64,000 nucleotides of DNA from assembly GCA_001800605.1 (NCBI GenBank), contig MGVS01000070.1, positions 2,910 to 66,909 of the forward strand, in the 5' to 3' direction. The notes under the pieces were generated by a model that made no database searches, had not been told where the DNA came from, and saw only the letters and a program-made list of their open reading frames with translations. The translations under genes were made by a program, and so were the position numbers. This document shows positions 16,785-29,850 of this stretch, in pieces (within the stretch, counting starts at the first letter, position 1; each line of letters begins with the position of its first letter). The stretch comes from Elusimicrobia bacterium RIFOXYD2_FULL_34_15. Its GTDB lineage: Bacteria > Elusimicrobiota > UBA8919.

Positions 16785-17207
16785 TTATTGTTTTGTTGTT
16801 TTTTTTCTTCTTTGGAGGTTACTTACAACTTTTAGGCGGATCATAGCTTTTCTAAGCGAAGCTTGGATTTCCATCATATTTTTATCCGGAGTTTTTAGTT
16901 TTTCTTCAGCTCTAAGTTTAGCTAATTTCGCTCTTTCAATGTCTATTTCTTCGGCACTTTCTGCAGTTTCACATAAGATTGTAACATTATTTTTATGGAT
17001 TTCGGCGAATCCGCCTGATATAGCAAATAGTTTTATATCGTTACCATTTTTTATTTTAATTTCACCCGGCACAAGAAGTGTCAGATAATCGATATGTCCC
17101 GGTAATACCCCCATTTCGCCTTTGTATGCGGGAAAAGACACAAATTCTGCTGTGTCTTTAAAAGATATTTTTTCCGGGGTTAATATTTCTAGTGAAAATG
17201 TTTTCAT
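16785..17207 (-). CDS. atpC: F0F1 ATP synthase subunit epsilon
   Basis: LEILTPEK...PGHIDYLTLL. Last gene of the atp operon. Confidence 0.85.
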   Translation of the reverse strand: MKTFSLEILTPEKISFKDTAEFVSFPAYKGEMGVLPGHIDYLTLLVPGEIKIKNGNDIKLFAISGGFAEIHKNNVTILCETAESAEEIDIERAKLAKLRAEEKLKTPDKNMMEIQASLRKAMIRLKVVSNLQRRKKTTKQ

Positions 17208-17250
17208 TTTACCCGTTACTCGTTACTCAGCCTGTCCCGATTTATCGGGA

Positions 17251-19475
<2,225 letters not shown>

Positions 19476-19486
19476 ATATTTCCAAT

Positions 19487-20998
19487 TTATTCAGTTGTAA
19501 AAATGTTTTTAAATTCTTTCAAAACATCGCTTAATTTTGTTTCAAGCTCTTTGGTTATTTCCTTTTTTTGAATTAAGTCGCTTATTATTTCCGGATGATT
19601 TTTTTCACAGAAATCAAACAAATCTTTCTCGAATTTTTTTATTTTGGATAATTCTATATCATCGAGAAAACCTTTTGTTCCTGCAAAGATTATGAGTATT
19701 TGCTTTTCAACTATTAACGGTTCAAATTGGTCCTGTTTAAGAATTTCAACGAGTCTTTCTCCTCTTGTTATCTGAGATTTAGTTGCAGCATCCAATTCGG
19801 AAGAAAATTGTGCAAAAGAAGATAAATCATTATATTGTGCAATATCAAGCCGTAAACTGCCCGCTATTTGTTTCATCGCTTTTATTTGGGCACTCCCGCC
19901 GACACGTGAAACTGATAATCCTACATTTACCGCGGGGCGGATACCGGAATAAAATAAATTATTTTCAAGATAAATCTGTCCGTCAGTTATCGATATAACA
20001 TTTGTCGGAATATAAGCTGAAATATCACCGGCTTGAGTTTCTATTATAGGCAATGCGGTTATAGAACCGGCGCCATTTTCATCCGAAAGTTTACACGCCC
20101 GTTCAAGCAGACGAGAATGTAAATAGAAAACGTCTCCGGGGTATGCTTCCCTTCCGGGAGGTCTTCTTAAAAGCAAAGATATTTGTCTGTACGCCTGAGC
20201 ATGTTTTGAAAGATCATCAAATACAATCAGGACATCTTTTCCTTTCCACATGAACTCTTCTGCAATTGCACAGCCGGAATAGGGTGCAATATAAAGAAGC
20301 GGGGCTGCATCTGCGGCAGAAGCTGCTATCATAATGGTATATTCATCTGCACCATATTTTTTGAATGTATCGAAAATACTTGCTATTGTAGATTGTTTTT
20401 GTCCTATAGCGACATATATACAAATAGGCCTGTTTTTTTCATTTTTCTGGTTGATAATTGCGTCAACAACTATTGCGGTTTTGCCAATCTGCCTGTCGCC
20501 AATAATTAATTCCCGCTGGCCTCTGCCGATTGGAATCATTGAATCGATTGCTTTTAGACCGGTTTGCAGAGGTATTTTTACCGGCTGCCTTTCCGCTATA
20601 TTGGGTGCAACGATTTCTATTGGTCTTTTTTTGTCAGTTTTAGGGTTTTCTTTTCCGTCAAGTGAAAACCCTAAAGGATTAATAATTCGACCTATAAGTT
20701 GTTCACCCACAGGCACTTCCATTATTTGTCTGGTTCTTTTTACAATATCGCCTTCTTTAAGAAGTTTTTCATCTCCGAATAAAATACAGCCTACCTCTTC
20801 CTGTTCAAGGTTAAGAGCCATACCAAAAACACCATTTGGAAATTCAATCAGTTCATTAACAAAAGCATTGTTTAAACCCTGAATTCGCGCAATACCATCG
20901 CCAACAGAAACAATGCTTCCCACCTCATCAACTGAAATATTCTTTTTAAATGATGCAATTTTCGATTTAATAATGTCTGTAATTTCTTCCTGTTTCAT
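19487..20998 (-). CDS. atpA: F0F1 ATP synthase subunit alpha
   Basis: GDRQIGKTA Walker A. Full length. Confidence 0.95.
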   Translation of the reverse strand: MKQEEITDIIKSKIASFKKNISVDEVGSIVSVGDGIARIQGLNNAFVNELIEFPNGVFGMALNLEQEEVGCILFGDEKLLKEGDIVKRTRQIMEVPVGEQLIGRIINPLGFSLDGKENPKTDKKRPIEIVAPNIAERQPVKIPLQTGLKAIDSMIPIGRGQRELIIGDRQIGKTAIVVDAIINQKNEKNRPICIYVAIGQKQSTIASIFDTFKKYGADEYTIMIAASAADAAPLLYIAPYSGCAIAEEFMWKGKDVLIVFDDLSKHAQAYRQISLLLRRPPGREAYPGDVFYLHSRLLERACKLSDENGAGSITALPIIETQAGDISAYIPTNVISITDGQIYLENNLFYSGIRPAVNVGLSVSRVGGSAQIKAMKQIAGSLRLDIAQYNDLSSFAQFSSELDAATKSQITRGERLVEILKQDQFEPLIVEKQILIIFAGTKGFLDDIELSKIKKFEKDLFDFCEKNHPEIISDLIQKKEITKELETKLSDVLKEFKNIFTTE

Positions 20999-21104
20999 AA
21001 ATTATCCTTGTTTTGTCAGCCGAAGTTCCTTCGGAACGTAGGTATGCTGCCTTTTACTCATTACCCCCGCCACAGGCGGGCAAGCGTTACCCGTTACTAG
21101 TTAC

Positions 21105-21629
21105 TCATGAATTCATCTCTTGTCCCATTTGCTCTATTTTTCCTCTTACACTTCCGTCAATAACCAAATCACCTGCTTTAATTATTAATCCGCCAAGTAT
21201 TGATTTATCAATAGATTCCTTTATTAAAATATTTTTGTTGGTAATCTTAGCAACCCTATTTTTAATTTTATCCAAAATCTGTATTTCAAGTTTAATACTT
21301 GATATAACTTCTGCAGAAATTGTGTTTTGAGAATCAAGAGTTTCTATTATATATTTAGATTCAATATCAGGTAAAATCCGTAATTCTCTTCTTTCAATAA
21401 GGATAAATAATAAATTTAATAATATCTTTGGCAGACTATCAAAACTACTTTTAATAACATCGAATTTTGTTTCCTCATCAATAAACGGATTAATAAAAAA
21501 ATTTATTGTTTCTTTTTCATAAAGAAGTTTTATTTTCTCAAACGCATCTCCAATTTCTTTTACCTGATTAGTTTCGGTAGCCAATTGAAAGAGTGCCTTG
21601 GCATATTTTCTAGAATTATTTTTTTTCAT
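21105..21629 (-). CDS. atpH: F0F1 ATP synthase subunit delta (OSCP)
   Basis: YAKALFQLA is the delta N-terminal motif. Start set at the ATG codon (MKKNNSRKY); the ORF-track start at 21653 is a TTG. Confidence 0.7.
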   Translation of the reverse strand: MKKNNSRKYAKALFQLATETNQVKEIGDAFEKIKLLYEKETINFFINPFIDEETKFDVIKSSFDSLPKILLNLLFILIERRELRILPDIESKYIIETLDSQNTISAEVISSIKLEIQILDKIKNRVAKITNKNILIKESIDKSILGGLIIKAGDLVIDGSVRGKIEQMGQEMNS

Positions 21630-21689
21630 TGTTTTGATTTTTAAAAAACCCAAAAATCATAGAGATCGTTGAAGACTTTTTCAACGGTC

Positions 21690-22181
21690 TCATTGTTTAA
21701 TCTCGGATATATCCGTTAAAAATTTTTCAATAAGCTGGTTTTGTGTACTTTTATCCATAGTTTTATCTAATATTTTTTCAGCTATGGATATAGCTATTGG
21801 AACAATTTCTTTTCTTAAATCACTTTTTACCGACTCTCTTTCTTGTTCCATCTGTTTTTTAGCTAAATCGAGTATTTTCTTAGCTTCATCCCGTGCTTCT
21901 GTGATTAGCTGCTGTTTTTGGGTTTCGGCAGTAGAAGATGCTTTTTCAAGAAGTTCTTTTGCCTTTTTATCTATATCAATTATCATCTGTTCATAATTTA
22001 CTTTAAGTCTTTCAGTTTCTTGTTTAAAATTTTCCGAGTCGGAAATATTTTTAGCAATATCATTCTTTCTCTTAAATAAAATTTGAACAAGCGGTTTCCA
22101 TGCAATTTTCCATAGTATGAGAATACCTATTAAAAAAGTTACAATTTGAACCAAAATAATCTTTAAATCAATTTCTAACAT
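21690..22181 (-). CDS. atpF: F0F1 ATP synthase subunit b
   Basis: Single N-terminal TM helix then a long charged coiled coil. Position in the operon fits. Confidence 0.75.
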   Translation of the reverse strand: MLEIDLKIILVQIVTFLIGILILWKIAWKPLVQILFKRKNDIAKNISDSENFKQETERLKVNYEQMIIDIDKKAKELLEKASSTAETQKQQLITEARDEAKKILDLAKKQMEQERESVKSDLRKEIVPIAISIAEKILDKTMDKSTQNQLIEKFLTDISEIKQ

Positions 22182-22195
22182 AATACCCTTAATCG

Positions 22196-22312
22196 ATGAA
22201 CGAGGGAGTCGTTGAGGAATGCCCTCACGGAGTTCCGCTTACGCATTCAGCGGAACGAGTGGGGACGGCCCCACCAGGGGACCGTGTGCTGACGAAACGA
22301 ACTCCCGAGCGA
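22196..22312 (-). ncRNA. GC-rich (about 60%) structured element, about 117 nt, between atpE and atpF. Multiple stem-loops, candidate structured RNA of unknown class.
   Basis: Hairpins gttccgct-tacgcattc-agcggaac, gggg-acgg-cccc, cccc-acca-gggg and tgagg-aatgc-cctca, plus a closing pairing gggagt.../...actccc. Surrounding DNA is under 30% GC. Confidence 0.3.
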
Positions 22313-22315
22313 ATG

Positions 22316-22693
22316 CTATTGGATGAAATACTTCGTAAACGGATTTGCAAATAAAAGAATTATACTTATAAATAGTACATATAAAACCAATGATTCAATG
22401 AATGCAAGACCGATAATCATAGATAACTGTAATTGTGCACCGGCTTCAGGCTGACGAGCTATTCCTTCCAATGCTTTTCTAATTGAAAACATTTGTGAAA
22501 GTGCTCCCGCGACGGCAACAATCACTAGTCCAGAGCTTGCAACAACAACTGATTTTGTAAAAAAATCAGCTGCTCCGGGTGCTAAAGTTACAGCAGTTGC
22601 AGCCGTTGATTCAGCAGCACCAAACACAAGTGATGAAATTGATACTACAATTAAAGAACCAAAAAAACCATAAATCCAATACCCTTTTTTCAT
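22316..22693 (-). CDS. atpE: F0F1 ATP synthase subunit c, with an N-terminal hydrophobic extension of about 45 aa
   Basis: C-terminal 75 aa, GLVIVAVAGALSQ...ARQPEAG..L...IGLAFIESLVLY, form a typical c-subunit hairpin with the conserved carboxylate (E). Confidence 0.8.
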   Translation of the reverse strand: MKKGYWIYGFFGSLIVVSISSLVFGAAESTAATAVTLAPGAADFFTKSVVVASSGLVIVAVAGALSQMFSIRKALEGIARQPEAGAQLQLSMIIGLAFIESLVLYVLFISIILLFANPFTKYFIQ

Positions 22694-22715
22694 ATACCAT
22701 CTCCTTTTAAAAATG

Positions 22716-22838
22716 GATTACAGGGATTTAAGCTGCTGATTACGGGGATTAATCATCATAATCCTCTGGCCCCTTAATCACTGTAACCGTTTTGTTTTTA
22801 ATCTGTGTAATCGTCTCTCAAAATCTGTGTAATCAGAC
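22716..22838 (-). promoter_or_regulatory. GATTACA(G/C) / AATCTGTGTAATC motif cluster upstream of atpE
   Basis: aatctgtgtaatcgtctctcaaaatctgtgtaatcagac. Same paired motif as at 573-608. Confidence 0.35.
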
Positions 22839-22840
22839 AT

Positions 22841-23566
22841 CTAATGTTCTGCTTTCACTGCACCAGCAACATAAGTTATACTCAATAGTAAAAATATTAA
22901 TGCCTGTACCAAACCTATTAATATAGCTAAAATAATAATGATTGGTCTTAGAAATAGCGGCATGATAACAATAGTTTTAGACATACCAGGTAATAGAAGA
23001 AATGTAATAATTAAACTTGCCATAACACCCAGCAATGTTTCCTTTGCGAATACGTTGCAAAATAAACGTAGTGACAGAGAAAAAGGTCTAACAAACTGGC
23101 TGATAATTTCTATAAAAAAAATGAGTATGTTTACAGGGAACATCCATAAAGGAAGGCCGGAAATAATAAATTTTTTTAAATAAGAGATTTTATGTTTCAT
23201 AAATCCCTGGAGATTGTAATATAAAAATATAGTTATTGATAGCGCAATAGGAACATTTATGTTGGATGTCGGAGAAATCATACCTGGTATTATACCTAGA
23301 ACATTTGAAAAAAATATGAAAAAAAATATTCCTAAAAATAGAGGATAATATTTTCTTGCATCTTTACCGATTACGTTATCTGCTAAATTGAAAATCTGTT
23401 CGAAAATTATCTCAAAGAAATTCTGCATACTCTTGGGAACTATTGAAATGTTTTTACGCGCTATTATTGATACAATAAAAATTAATGTCCATGAAATTAA
23501 AGACATTAATATTATTGTAGGAACATGCGGGATGTTGAATTCTATTGCTTCTTTAACAATTTGCAT
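22841..23566 (-). CDS. atpB: F0F1 ATP synthase subunit a
   Basis: SLSLRLFCNVFAKE contains the conserved Arg of subunit a. Polytopic. Confidence 0.85.
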   Translation of the reverse strand: MQIVKEAIEFNIPHVPTIILMSLISWTLIFIVSIIARKNISIVPKSMQNFFEIIFEQIFNLADNVIGKDARKYYPLFLGIFFFIFFSNVLGIIPGMISPTSNINVPIALSITIFLYYNLQGFMKHKISYLKKFIISGLPLWMFPVNILIFFIEIISQFVRPFSLSLRLFCNVFAKETLLGVMASLIITFLLLPGMSKTIVIMPLFLRPIIIILAILIGLVQALIFLLLSITYVAGAVKAEH

Positions 23567-23793
23567 CTTATAGCCTCAATGGAGATAAGTATAATTGGTA
23601 AGGCAAATCCGGCTAAAATTGCAATCACGTTTGCCTGTAACCGTAATAGAATATAAAATAGAGTTAGAATTATAGCAAATTTCAGGATTGTTCTCAAGAA
23701 GTATGTTTGAAGTTTAAGATTTCTGGTTGTAAAAAAAATCAAAAAGACATTTATTAAGCCAAGAAACGTTCCGCCGACAATTCCGATTGTCAC
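23542..23793 (-). CDS. Small hydrophobic protein, AtpI-like (ATP synthase protein I). Assigned by position only.
   Basis: 83 aa, 2-3 TM helices, immediately upstream of atpB. Confidence 0.3.
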   Translation of the reverse strand: MTIGIVGGTFLGLINVFLIFFTTRNLKLQTYFLRTILKFAIILTLFYILLRLQANVIAILAGFALPIILISIEAIRCKLLKKQ

Positions 23794-23852
23794 ATATTTA
23801 TCTTGAAATGCAAATGATACAATAGCTACTGTTATTATTGTTAGAATTAAAA

Positions 23853-24059
23853 TTATTGTTTTTGAAATTTTTTTATCTCCTTAAATATTGAATATAATCC
23901 GCTAATCATTCCTATTAACGTAAAAATTATTGTAAATATAGGATGAGTTTTAAATAATTTATCCAAAAAAATACCTATGCCGAGTCCGACTACGATAGAT
24001 AAAAGTAAAATTAATCCAAAAGACGCGGCGGATAAAAAATTATAAAAAACCTCCTTCAT
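23853..24059 (-). CDS. Small membrane protein, AtpZ-like. Assigned by position only.
   Basis: 68 aa with two TM helices at the head of the atp operon. Confidence 0.3.
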   Translation of the reverse strand: MKEVFYNFLSAASFGLILLLSIVVGLGIGIFLDKLFKTHPIFTIIFTLIGMISGLYSIFKEIKKFQKQ

Positions 24060-24097
24060 TTTACACGTTACCCATTACTCGTTACTCGTTACTTTCT

Positions 24098-25036
24098 TTA
24101 TTTAACAAGGCGGCATAAATCACCGCGTATGGGTTTACCGCCGGTAACAACTTTAGCGGTTGAGCCATTTTCACCGAAATAATCAACAACTTCTATCTCT
24201 CCGACTTTGCTTTCTGTTTTACCGATTACCATTCCGGTATCAGGACTTCTAATTTCTTTGCCCTGATGATAAACTACTAATTTTGTACCAAGTTTCAAGT
24301 TTGATTCTTTACCCGCATCCAAATAAATATTATTTTCATCAACTTCTGCAACCCTGCAAGACCATGGGCGGGCGTTAACCTGAATAACAATATTATCTAC
24401 AAATTTTGCAATGGCTGCGCGCAAAGATTCACCTTCAAGCGTTTCATCATATCCGCCTTTAGTGCCCATACCTAAAAATGAGCCTTTTGAAGATTTTGAA
24501 ACACCTTTGCCGGAATCAACGTATATAATTTTACCTGTTTCTACTTCAATAACTCTTATATCAACGGTGCATTCTGCAACCTGTTGTTTGGATTGGGTAA
24601 TAAGGTAATCAGACCCGCCTGTTTTTACGCCAAATTGTGAAATAGAACCGATTACTATTGCATCCAGGCCTAATATTTTCCCCACTTGGGTAACTGTATT
24701 AGCGTCAATTAATCCGGTCGTTTGAATTTTTTGCTCCTCCATAACTTTATCGAGTTTGGATCTTTCAATTAGAATAAATTTTTGTGATTTTCCTAGTTCA
24801 GTCAATAATATATCTGAAGCTGCGGTTCCTAATCTTCTCTGACCGTAAGCTGTTTTATTTTCAAATTCAATAACAGATATTTTCTTTTTTGGCGGAATAA
24901 ATACATTCTCTGATGGTTTCTCAATTGTAACAGCTTGTTTCTTCTTGACTGTTGTTGACGGAGCACAACCAGTAAATGCAGAGATAACGACGAATGATGA
25001 AATCAAACCCAATAACGTTAAACTTTTGACTCTCAT
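24098..25036 (-). CDS. CsgG/HfaB-family lipoprotein (curli-type secretion channel-like)
   Basis: Lipobox FTGC. SVIEFENKTAYGQRRLGTAASDILLTELGKSQKFILIERSKLDKVMEEQKIQTTGLID..GKILGLDAIVIGSI matches the CsgG core. Confidence 0.6.
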   Translation of the reverse strand: MRVKSLTLLGLISSFVVISAFTGCAPSTTVKKKQAVTIEKPSENVFIPPKKKISVIEFENKTAYGQRRLGTAASDILLTELGKSQKFILIERSKLDKVMEEQKIQTTGLIDANTVTQVGKILGLDAIVIGSISQFGVKTGGSDYLITQSKQQVAECTVDIRVIEVETGKIIYVDSGKGVSKSSKGSFLGMGTKGGYDETLEGESLRAAIAKFVDNIVIQVNARPWSCRVAEVDENNIYLDAGKESNLKLGTKLVVYHQGKEIRSPDTGMVIGKTESKVGEIEVVDYFGENGSTAKVVTGGKPIRGDLCRLVK

Positions 25037-25048
25037 GTTTTCCTCCTC

Positions 25049-25711
25049 TTATTTTTTTGGAAGCGTCATTAAAGTTGTGTTAATAACACCGTTAGCTTCC
25101 TCTTTTAACGGTGAGTGCAAAGCTTTATCTATAGTTTTTTCAACAAGTTGTGAGGCAAACGCTCTCCCGATATCCTTAAATTCAAATTCTTTTTTTGAAA
25201 CTTTTCGTTCATCTTCCCATAAAAGCTGTTCTGTTTTTGCATCAAATAATTTAAAATTTCCCTCGACAGTTCTTGCATAATAAAAACCAAGAGTAGTATA
25301 TTTAAACTCTATTACATCTCCGAAAAAAAGCCCGTCAACGTTTAATTTTTCACCTAATTCTTTCGGGGTGGTTGTCGGAAATTGCCCGGCTTCGGTAATA
25401 CCCATTTTTCTTAATTTCTCATCTATTTCTTCAAGCGGAATAGTGTTATAACCAATATTGGTTAGCCGTTTATTAAAAAGATACCGCAATAAAACCGGTG
25501 CATTCAAATCAATGGATTGGTTGGAAAACGGCAAAACAGCAACTCGCGCAGGCGGTATATAATTTTCTATTATATACTTTGCTTTCGGCGCACAACCAAT
25601 AAATAAAAAACAAATAACGAGTAATGAGTAACCAGTAAAAGACAAGTAATGAGTAACGGGTAACGAGTAACGGGGAACGGGTAAAAAGTAAAGTAATTTT
25701 AAATTTTTCAT
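25049..25711 (-). CDS. Lipoprotein, possibly the DUF799-type partner of CsgG-like proteins
   Basis: Lipobox FIGC and adjacency to the CsgG-like gene. N-terminal 30 aa (LPVPRYSLPVTHYLSFTGYSLLVI) are encoded by the GTAACGGG repeat. Confidence 0.35.
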   Translation of the reverse strand: MKNLKLLYFLPVPRYSLPVTHYLSFTGYSLLVICFLFIGCAPKAKYIIENYIPPARVAVLPFSNQSIDLNAPVLLRYLFNKRLTNIGYNTIPLEEIDEKLRKMGITEAGQFPTTTPKELGEKLNVDGLFFGDVIEFKYTTLGFYYARTVEGNFKLFDAKTEQLLWEDERKVSKKEFEFKDIGRAFASQLVEKTIDKALHSPLKEEANGVINTTLMTLPKK

Positions 25712-25771
25712 TGGTTTTATATTAGATTGAATAATTTTTAACTTTTAACTTTTAATTTTTAATTGCTTTTA

Positions 25772-26248
25772 TTATGCGCCTCTTGCGATTGCTATAATAC
25801 CTGTTCTTGCAACTTCTTTTATACCGAACGGTTTAAGCATATTTAATATTGCCTGAATCTTATCTTCGTCGCCGGTCATTTCAATAATAACTGTGTTTAC
25901 TGAAACATCGATAATTTTTGCTCTGAATATATCCACAATCTGTAGTATTTCGTTTCTTGTATTTTTATCTGCTTTAACTTTAATAAGCACTAAATCTCTT
26001 TCAATATGCTCTATATTTAAAAAATCATTTAGTTTTATAACATCAATCAGCTTATTTAATTGTTTTTCTACTTGTTCAAGTATTTTTTCGTCACCGTTTA
26101 CTACAATTGTCATTCTTGAAATAGTCGGGTCATCTGTTTCACCGACTGCTAATGAATCGATATTGTAGCCGCGTGCTGCAAAAAGCGTTGCAATTCTTGC
26201 TAAAACACCTGATTTGTTTTCGACTAAAACTGAAATTGTGTGTTTCAT
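25772..26248 (-). CDS. ilvN: Acetolactate synthase small (regulatory) subunit
   Basis: ACT domain ISVLVENKSGVLARIATLFAARGYNIDSLAV. Confidence 0.85.
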   Translation of the reverse strand: MKHTISVLVENKSGVLARIATLFAARGYNIDSLAVGETDDPTISRMTIVVNGDEKILEQVEKQLNKLIDVIKLNDFLNIEHIERDLVLIKVKADKNTRNEILQIVDIFRAKIIDVSVNTVIIEMTGDEDKIQAILNMLKPFGIKEVARTGIIAIARGA

Positions 26249-26386
26249 AAAACCCCCAAAAAGGCAATTTAAAATTAAAAATTAAAAGTTATAATAAATT
26301 CAAGTTAAAATTTAAAGTTAAAAACTAAAATCAAGTCTTTGTTTTTGTCTCAATTTTTATTTATACTTTTGATTTTAACTTGCTTT

Positions 26387-28114
26387 TCAAGCTAAGCTTG
26401 TTATAATCTCATCCAACGCAGAACCTGCCGGTACCATGGGAAGAACATTTTCTTCTTCTTCTACAATGAAATCCATTATAACAGTTTTATCAATTTTTAA
26501 TGCATTTATTAATGTACTTTCAACATCTTCCTTCTTTGTAATTCTTATGCCAACAGCGCCGTACGATTCCGCTAATTTTACAAAATCCGGTATCATTGCC
26601 GCAGGTCTTTTAGCTGACGCATCCATAGCTAAACAGCCATCGGGTTTAGATAGACAAACCGCGGAATATCTTCTCTTATAGAACAGTTCCTGCCATTGAC
26701 GTACCATGCCAAGGCAAGCGTTATTTAAAATTACTATTTTAACATTTATGTTATTCAATACTGCAGTTGCAAGCTCTTGTATATTCATTTGAATTGAACC
26801 GTCTCCGGCTATATCAATAACTATTTTTTTAGGATTTGCAATTTTTGCACCTATAGCAGCCGGAAAACCATAGCCCATAGTTCCTAATCCGCCGCTTGAT
26901 AAAAAGTGTCTTGGAAATTTGGGTTTGTAGTATTGTGCCGCCCACATTTGGTTTTGACCCACTTCAGTCACAACTATTGCTTCCCCTTTGGTTATCTGCG
27001 AAATTTTATCGATAACATATTGCGGGCGAAGTTTACTATCTTTTTTATATGAGAACGGATTTGTTTTCTGCCATTCGGAAATTTTCTTTAACCATTCCTT
27101 GTTATTTTTCTTTTTTACATATTTTAATAACTCAGTAATAATACTTTTTGCATCGCCTACAACCGGAATATTAACAAAAACATTTTTAGATATAGATGTT
27201 GGGTCGATATCAATATGAATAATTTTCGCTTTTGGCGCAAATGCAGTAAGTTTGCCGGTTACCCTGTCGTCAAAACGGGCGCCGATAGCAATTATCAAAT
27301 CGCAATTTTGAAACGCAAGATTAGCAGCATAATTACCGTGCATACCCGGCATATAAAGATTTAGAGGATGATTTGGAGGAAAACATCCTATAGCTAATAG
27401 AGTTGTTGTCACGGGTGTGTGTATTTTTTCAGCAAGTTTTAATAATTCTAAAGAAGCATTAGATGAAATTATTCCGCCGCCTACATAAAGTAATGGTTGT
27501 TTAGCAGAATTAATTAATTCTGCTGCTTTTTTTATTTGGCCAGCGTGCCCTGTATAAACAGGTTTATAAGAGCGGATATCAACAGTTTCCGGATATTCAA
27601 ATTCTGTAACCGCGCGTTGAATGTCAACAGGTATATCTACAAGAACAGGTCCTTGCCTGCCTGTTTTTGCTATATAAAATGCTTCATGAATTGTTTTTGC
27701 AAGTTCTTTTACATCTTTAACTAGAAAATTATGTTTTGTTACAGGTCTAGTTATACCTGTAGTATCCGCTTCCTGAAAGGCATCGTTTCCAATTAAACTT
27801 GTTGCCACCTGTCCCGTAAATGCAACCATGGGTATAGAATCCATGTTTGCGGTAGCAAGTGCAGTTGTAAGATTTGTTGCTCCGGGACCGCTAGTTACTA
27901 AACAAACACCTACTTCACCGGTTGAGCGTGCATACCCGTCAGCCATATGACCTGCACCTTGTTCGTGCCGGGTTAGAACGAATCTAATTTTGTTTCTGTA
28001 ATCGTAAATTTTATCAAAAATAGGAAGGACTTGTCCTCCGGGAATTCCAAATACTACTTTCACATTTTCTTTTAATAGAGATTCTGCAAATATCTCTGCG
28101 CCTGTCTTTAACAT
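26387..28114 (-). CDS. ilvB: Acetolactate synthase large subunit (biosynthetic type)
   Basis: TPP-enzyme N, M and C domains. GDGSIQMNIQELAT is the TPP-binding motif. Confidence 0.9.
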   Translation of the reverse strand: MLKTGAEIFAESLLKENVKVVFGIPGGQVLPIFDKIYDYRNKIRFVLTRHEQGAGHMADGYARSTGEVGVCLVTSGPGATNLTTALATANMDSIPMVAFTGQVATSLIGNDAFQEADTTGITRPVTKHNFLVKDVKELAKTIHEAFYIAKTGRQGPVLVDIPVDIQRAVTEFEYPETVDIRSYKPVYTGHAGQIKKAAELINSAKQPLLYVGGGIISSNASLELLKLAEKIHTPVTTTLLAIGCFPPNHPLNLYMPGMHGNYAANLAFQNCDLIIAIGARFDDRVTGKLTAFAPKAKIIHIDIDPTSISKNVFVNIPVVGDAKSIITELLKYVKKKNNKEWLKKISEWQKTNPFSYKKDSKLRPQYVIDKISQITKGEAIVVTEVGQNQMWAAQYYKPKFPRHFLSSGGLGTMGYGFPAAIGAKIANPKKIVIDIAGDGSIQMNIQELATAVLNNINVKIVILNNACLGMVRQWQELFYKRRYSAVCLSKPDGCLAMDASAKRPAAMIPDFVKLAESYGAVGIRITKKEDVESTLINALKIDKTVIMDFIVEEEENVLPMVPAGSALDEIITSLA

Positions 28115-28176
28115 TATTCACCTCGCATTATTAGGGTTTGCTGAAAAACTCAGCAGACCCTCAAAAATCAGTATAA

Positions 28177-29829
28177 TCATTTCAAAATAGCGCCTAAGTC
28201 TGCTGATGTTACAAGCTTTGCATATCTTGAAAGCCAACCTGTCTTTATTTTTGGTTCTATCACTTTTTTTCTTGCTAAACGCAGTTTTATTTCAACATCA
28301 GTAAGTCTTACGACTATTTTTCTATTTGGTATATCAATTGTTATCTCTTCACCGTCTTTTATAACTCCTATAACACCGCCTGCTATTGCTTCGGGCGAAA
28401 TGTGTCCGATACACGGACCGCGGGTCCCGCCTGAAAATCTGCCATCAGTAATCAGTGCAACAGATTCAGAAAGTCCCATGCCAACTATCGCGGAAGTCGG
28501 TGAAAGCATTTCCCTCATTCCCGGACCGCCTTTTGGACCTTCATTTCGTATTACAAGCACGTCTCCTTTTTTGACTTTTTTCAGAGTGATTAGGTTCATT
28601 GCTGATTCTTCCGATTCGCAAATTCGTGCTGTTCCGGTAAATTTTAACATTTTGGAACTAACAGCAGATTGTTTTACAACACAGCCGTTAGGTGCAAGAT
28701 TTCCAAATAATATTGCAATTCCGCCTGTTTGATTATATGGTTTATTTAAAGGTCTTATTACATCAGAATTTTTTACTTCACCCTCTTTAATAATTTCGGA
28801 AATGCGCAATCCTGAAACGGTCGGATTATCGTTCAATTTATTTTTTAATACTGACATAACAGCAGAAATTCCGCCTGCATTTTCAAGATCTTCCATATAA
28901 TAATCACCTGCGGGTTCCAGTTTGACAATATTAGGAGTTTTCTTTGAAATTTCATCAAAAAGAGTAAGCGGTAGTTTCTTTCCGCATTCATTTGCTATTG
29001 CAGGAAGATGCAAAACTGTATTGGTTGAACCGCCAAGAGCCATATCCATAACTATCGCATTATGAAAAGCTTCACTGGTCATTATTCTCCTGGGCAATAT
29101 TTGCTTATTTATAAGTTCAACTATACGTACTCCGGAATCATACGCAATTCTTCTTTTTTTACTTGATGCCGCTAAAGCGGTACCGCATCCGGGTAAAGAC
29201 ATACCCATAGTTTCCGTTAAGCATGCCATAGTATTGGCTGTATAAAGGCCCTGACAGCTTCCTGCCCCCGGACATGCGCACATTTCTAATTCTTCAAGTT
29301 CACAATCTTTTATTTTTTTTGCACGGAAAAGCCCAACAGCTTCAAAAGAGTCACGAACCAGAGAACGTCTTTTTCCGTTATAAAAACCGGTCATCATCGG
29401 ACCTGCGGTTACGACTATAGAAGGAATATTTAATCTACCCGCTGCCATAAGCATTCCGGGAGTTATTTTATCACAATTAGTTAAAAATACCAGACCGTCT
29501 AATTTGTGCGCATTTGCTACTGATTCGATGCAATCTGCAATAAGTTCTCTTGAAGGTAATGAATAACACATTCCGGAATGACCCATCGCAATGCCATCAC
29601 ATATCGCCGGAAGTCCAAAGATGAAAGGTGTCCCTCCGCCCGCTTCAACACCTCTTTCAATAAATCTTTCCAAATCTCGCATCCCGATATGGCCGGGAAC
29701 CAAATCAGAAAAACTAGAAGCTATGCCGATAAACGGTTTATGAACCGATTTTTTCGTAATACCAGTCGCATAAATTAAACATCTGTTAGGTGCTCTTTCA
29801 ACGCTTTTTTTGACTTCATCACTTCGCAT
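28177..29829 (-). CDS. ilvD: Dihydroxy-acid dehydratase
   Basis: [12 protein letters not shown] and [14 protein letters not shown] are ILVD/EDD signatures. Confidence 0.95.
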   Translation of the reverse strand: MRSDEVKKSVERAPNRCLIYATGITKKSVHKPFIGIASSFSDLVPGHIGMRDLERFIERGVEAGGGTPFIFGLPAICDGIAMGHSGMCYSLPSRELIADCIESVANAHKLDGLVFLTNCDKITPGMLMAAGRLNIPSIVVTAGPMMTGFYNGKRRSLVRDSFEAVGLFRAKKIKDCELEELEMCACPGAGSCQGLYTANTMACLTETMGMSLPGCGTALAASSKKRRIAYDSGVRIVELINKQILPRRIMTSEAFHNAIVMDMALGGSTNTVLHLPAIANECGKKLPLTLFDEISKKTPNIVKLEPAGDYYMEDLENAGGISAVMSVLKNKLNDNPTVSGLRISEIIKEGEVKNSDVIRPLNKPYNQTGGIAILFGNLAPNGCVVKQSAVSSKMLKFTGTARICESEESAMNLITLKKVKKGDVLVIRNEGPKGGPGMREMLSPTSAIVGMGLSESVALITDGRFSGGTRGPCIGHISPEAIAGGVIGVIKDGEEITIDIPNRKIVVRLTDVEIKLRLARKKVIEPKIKTGWLSRYAKLVTSADLGAILK

Positions 29830-29850
29830 TTTTCACTCCTCCCAATAAAA

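Noticed and set aside
21630-21653. Upstream TTG start for atpH
   Set aside because: The ORF-track Met there is a TTG. The ATG 8 codons downstream gives the canonical delta-subunit N-terminus (KYAKALFQLA).
22196-22312. tRNA, hammerhead ribozyme or other known RNA in the GC-rich atp spacer
   Set aside because: No T-loop or anticodon-arm pattern. The CTGACGAAAC segment lacks the hammerhead stem II and conserved core arrangement. It remains unclassified.
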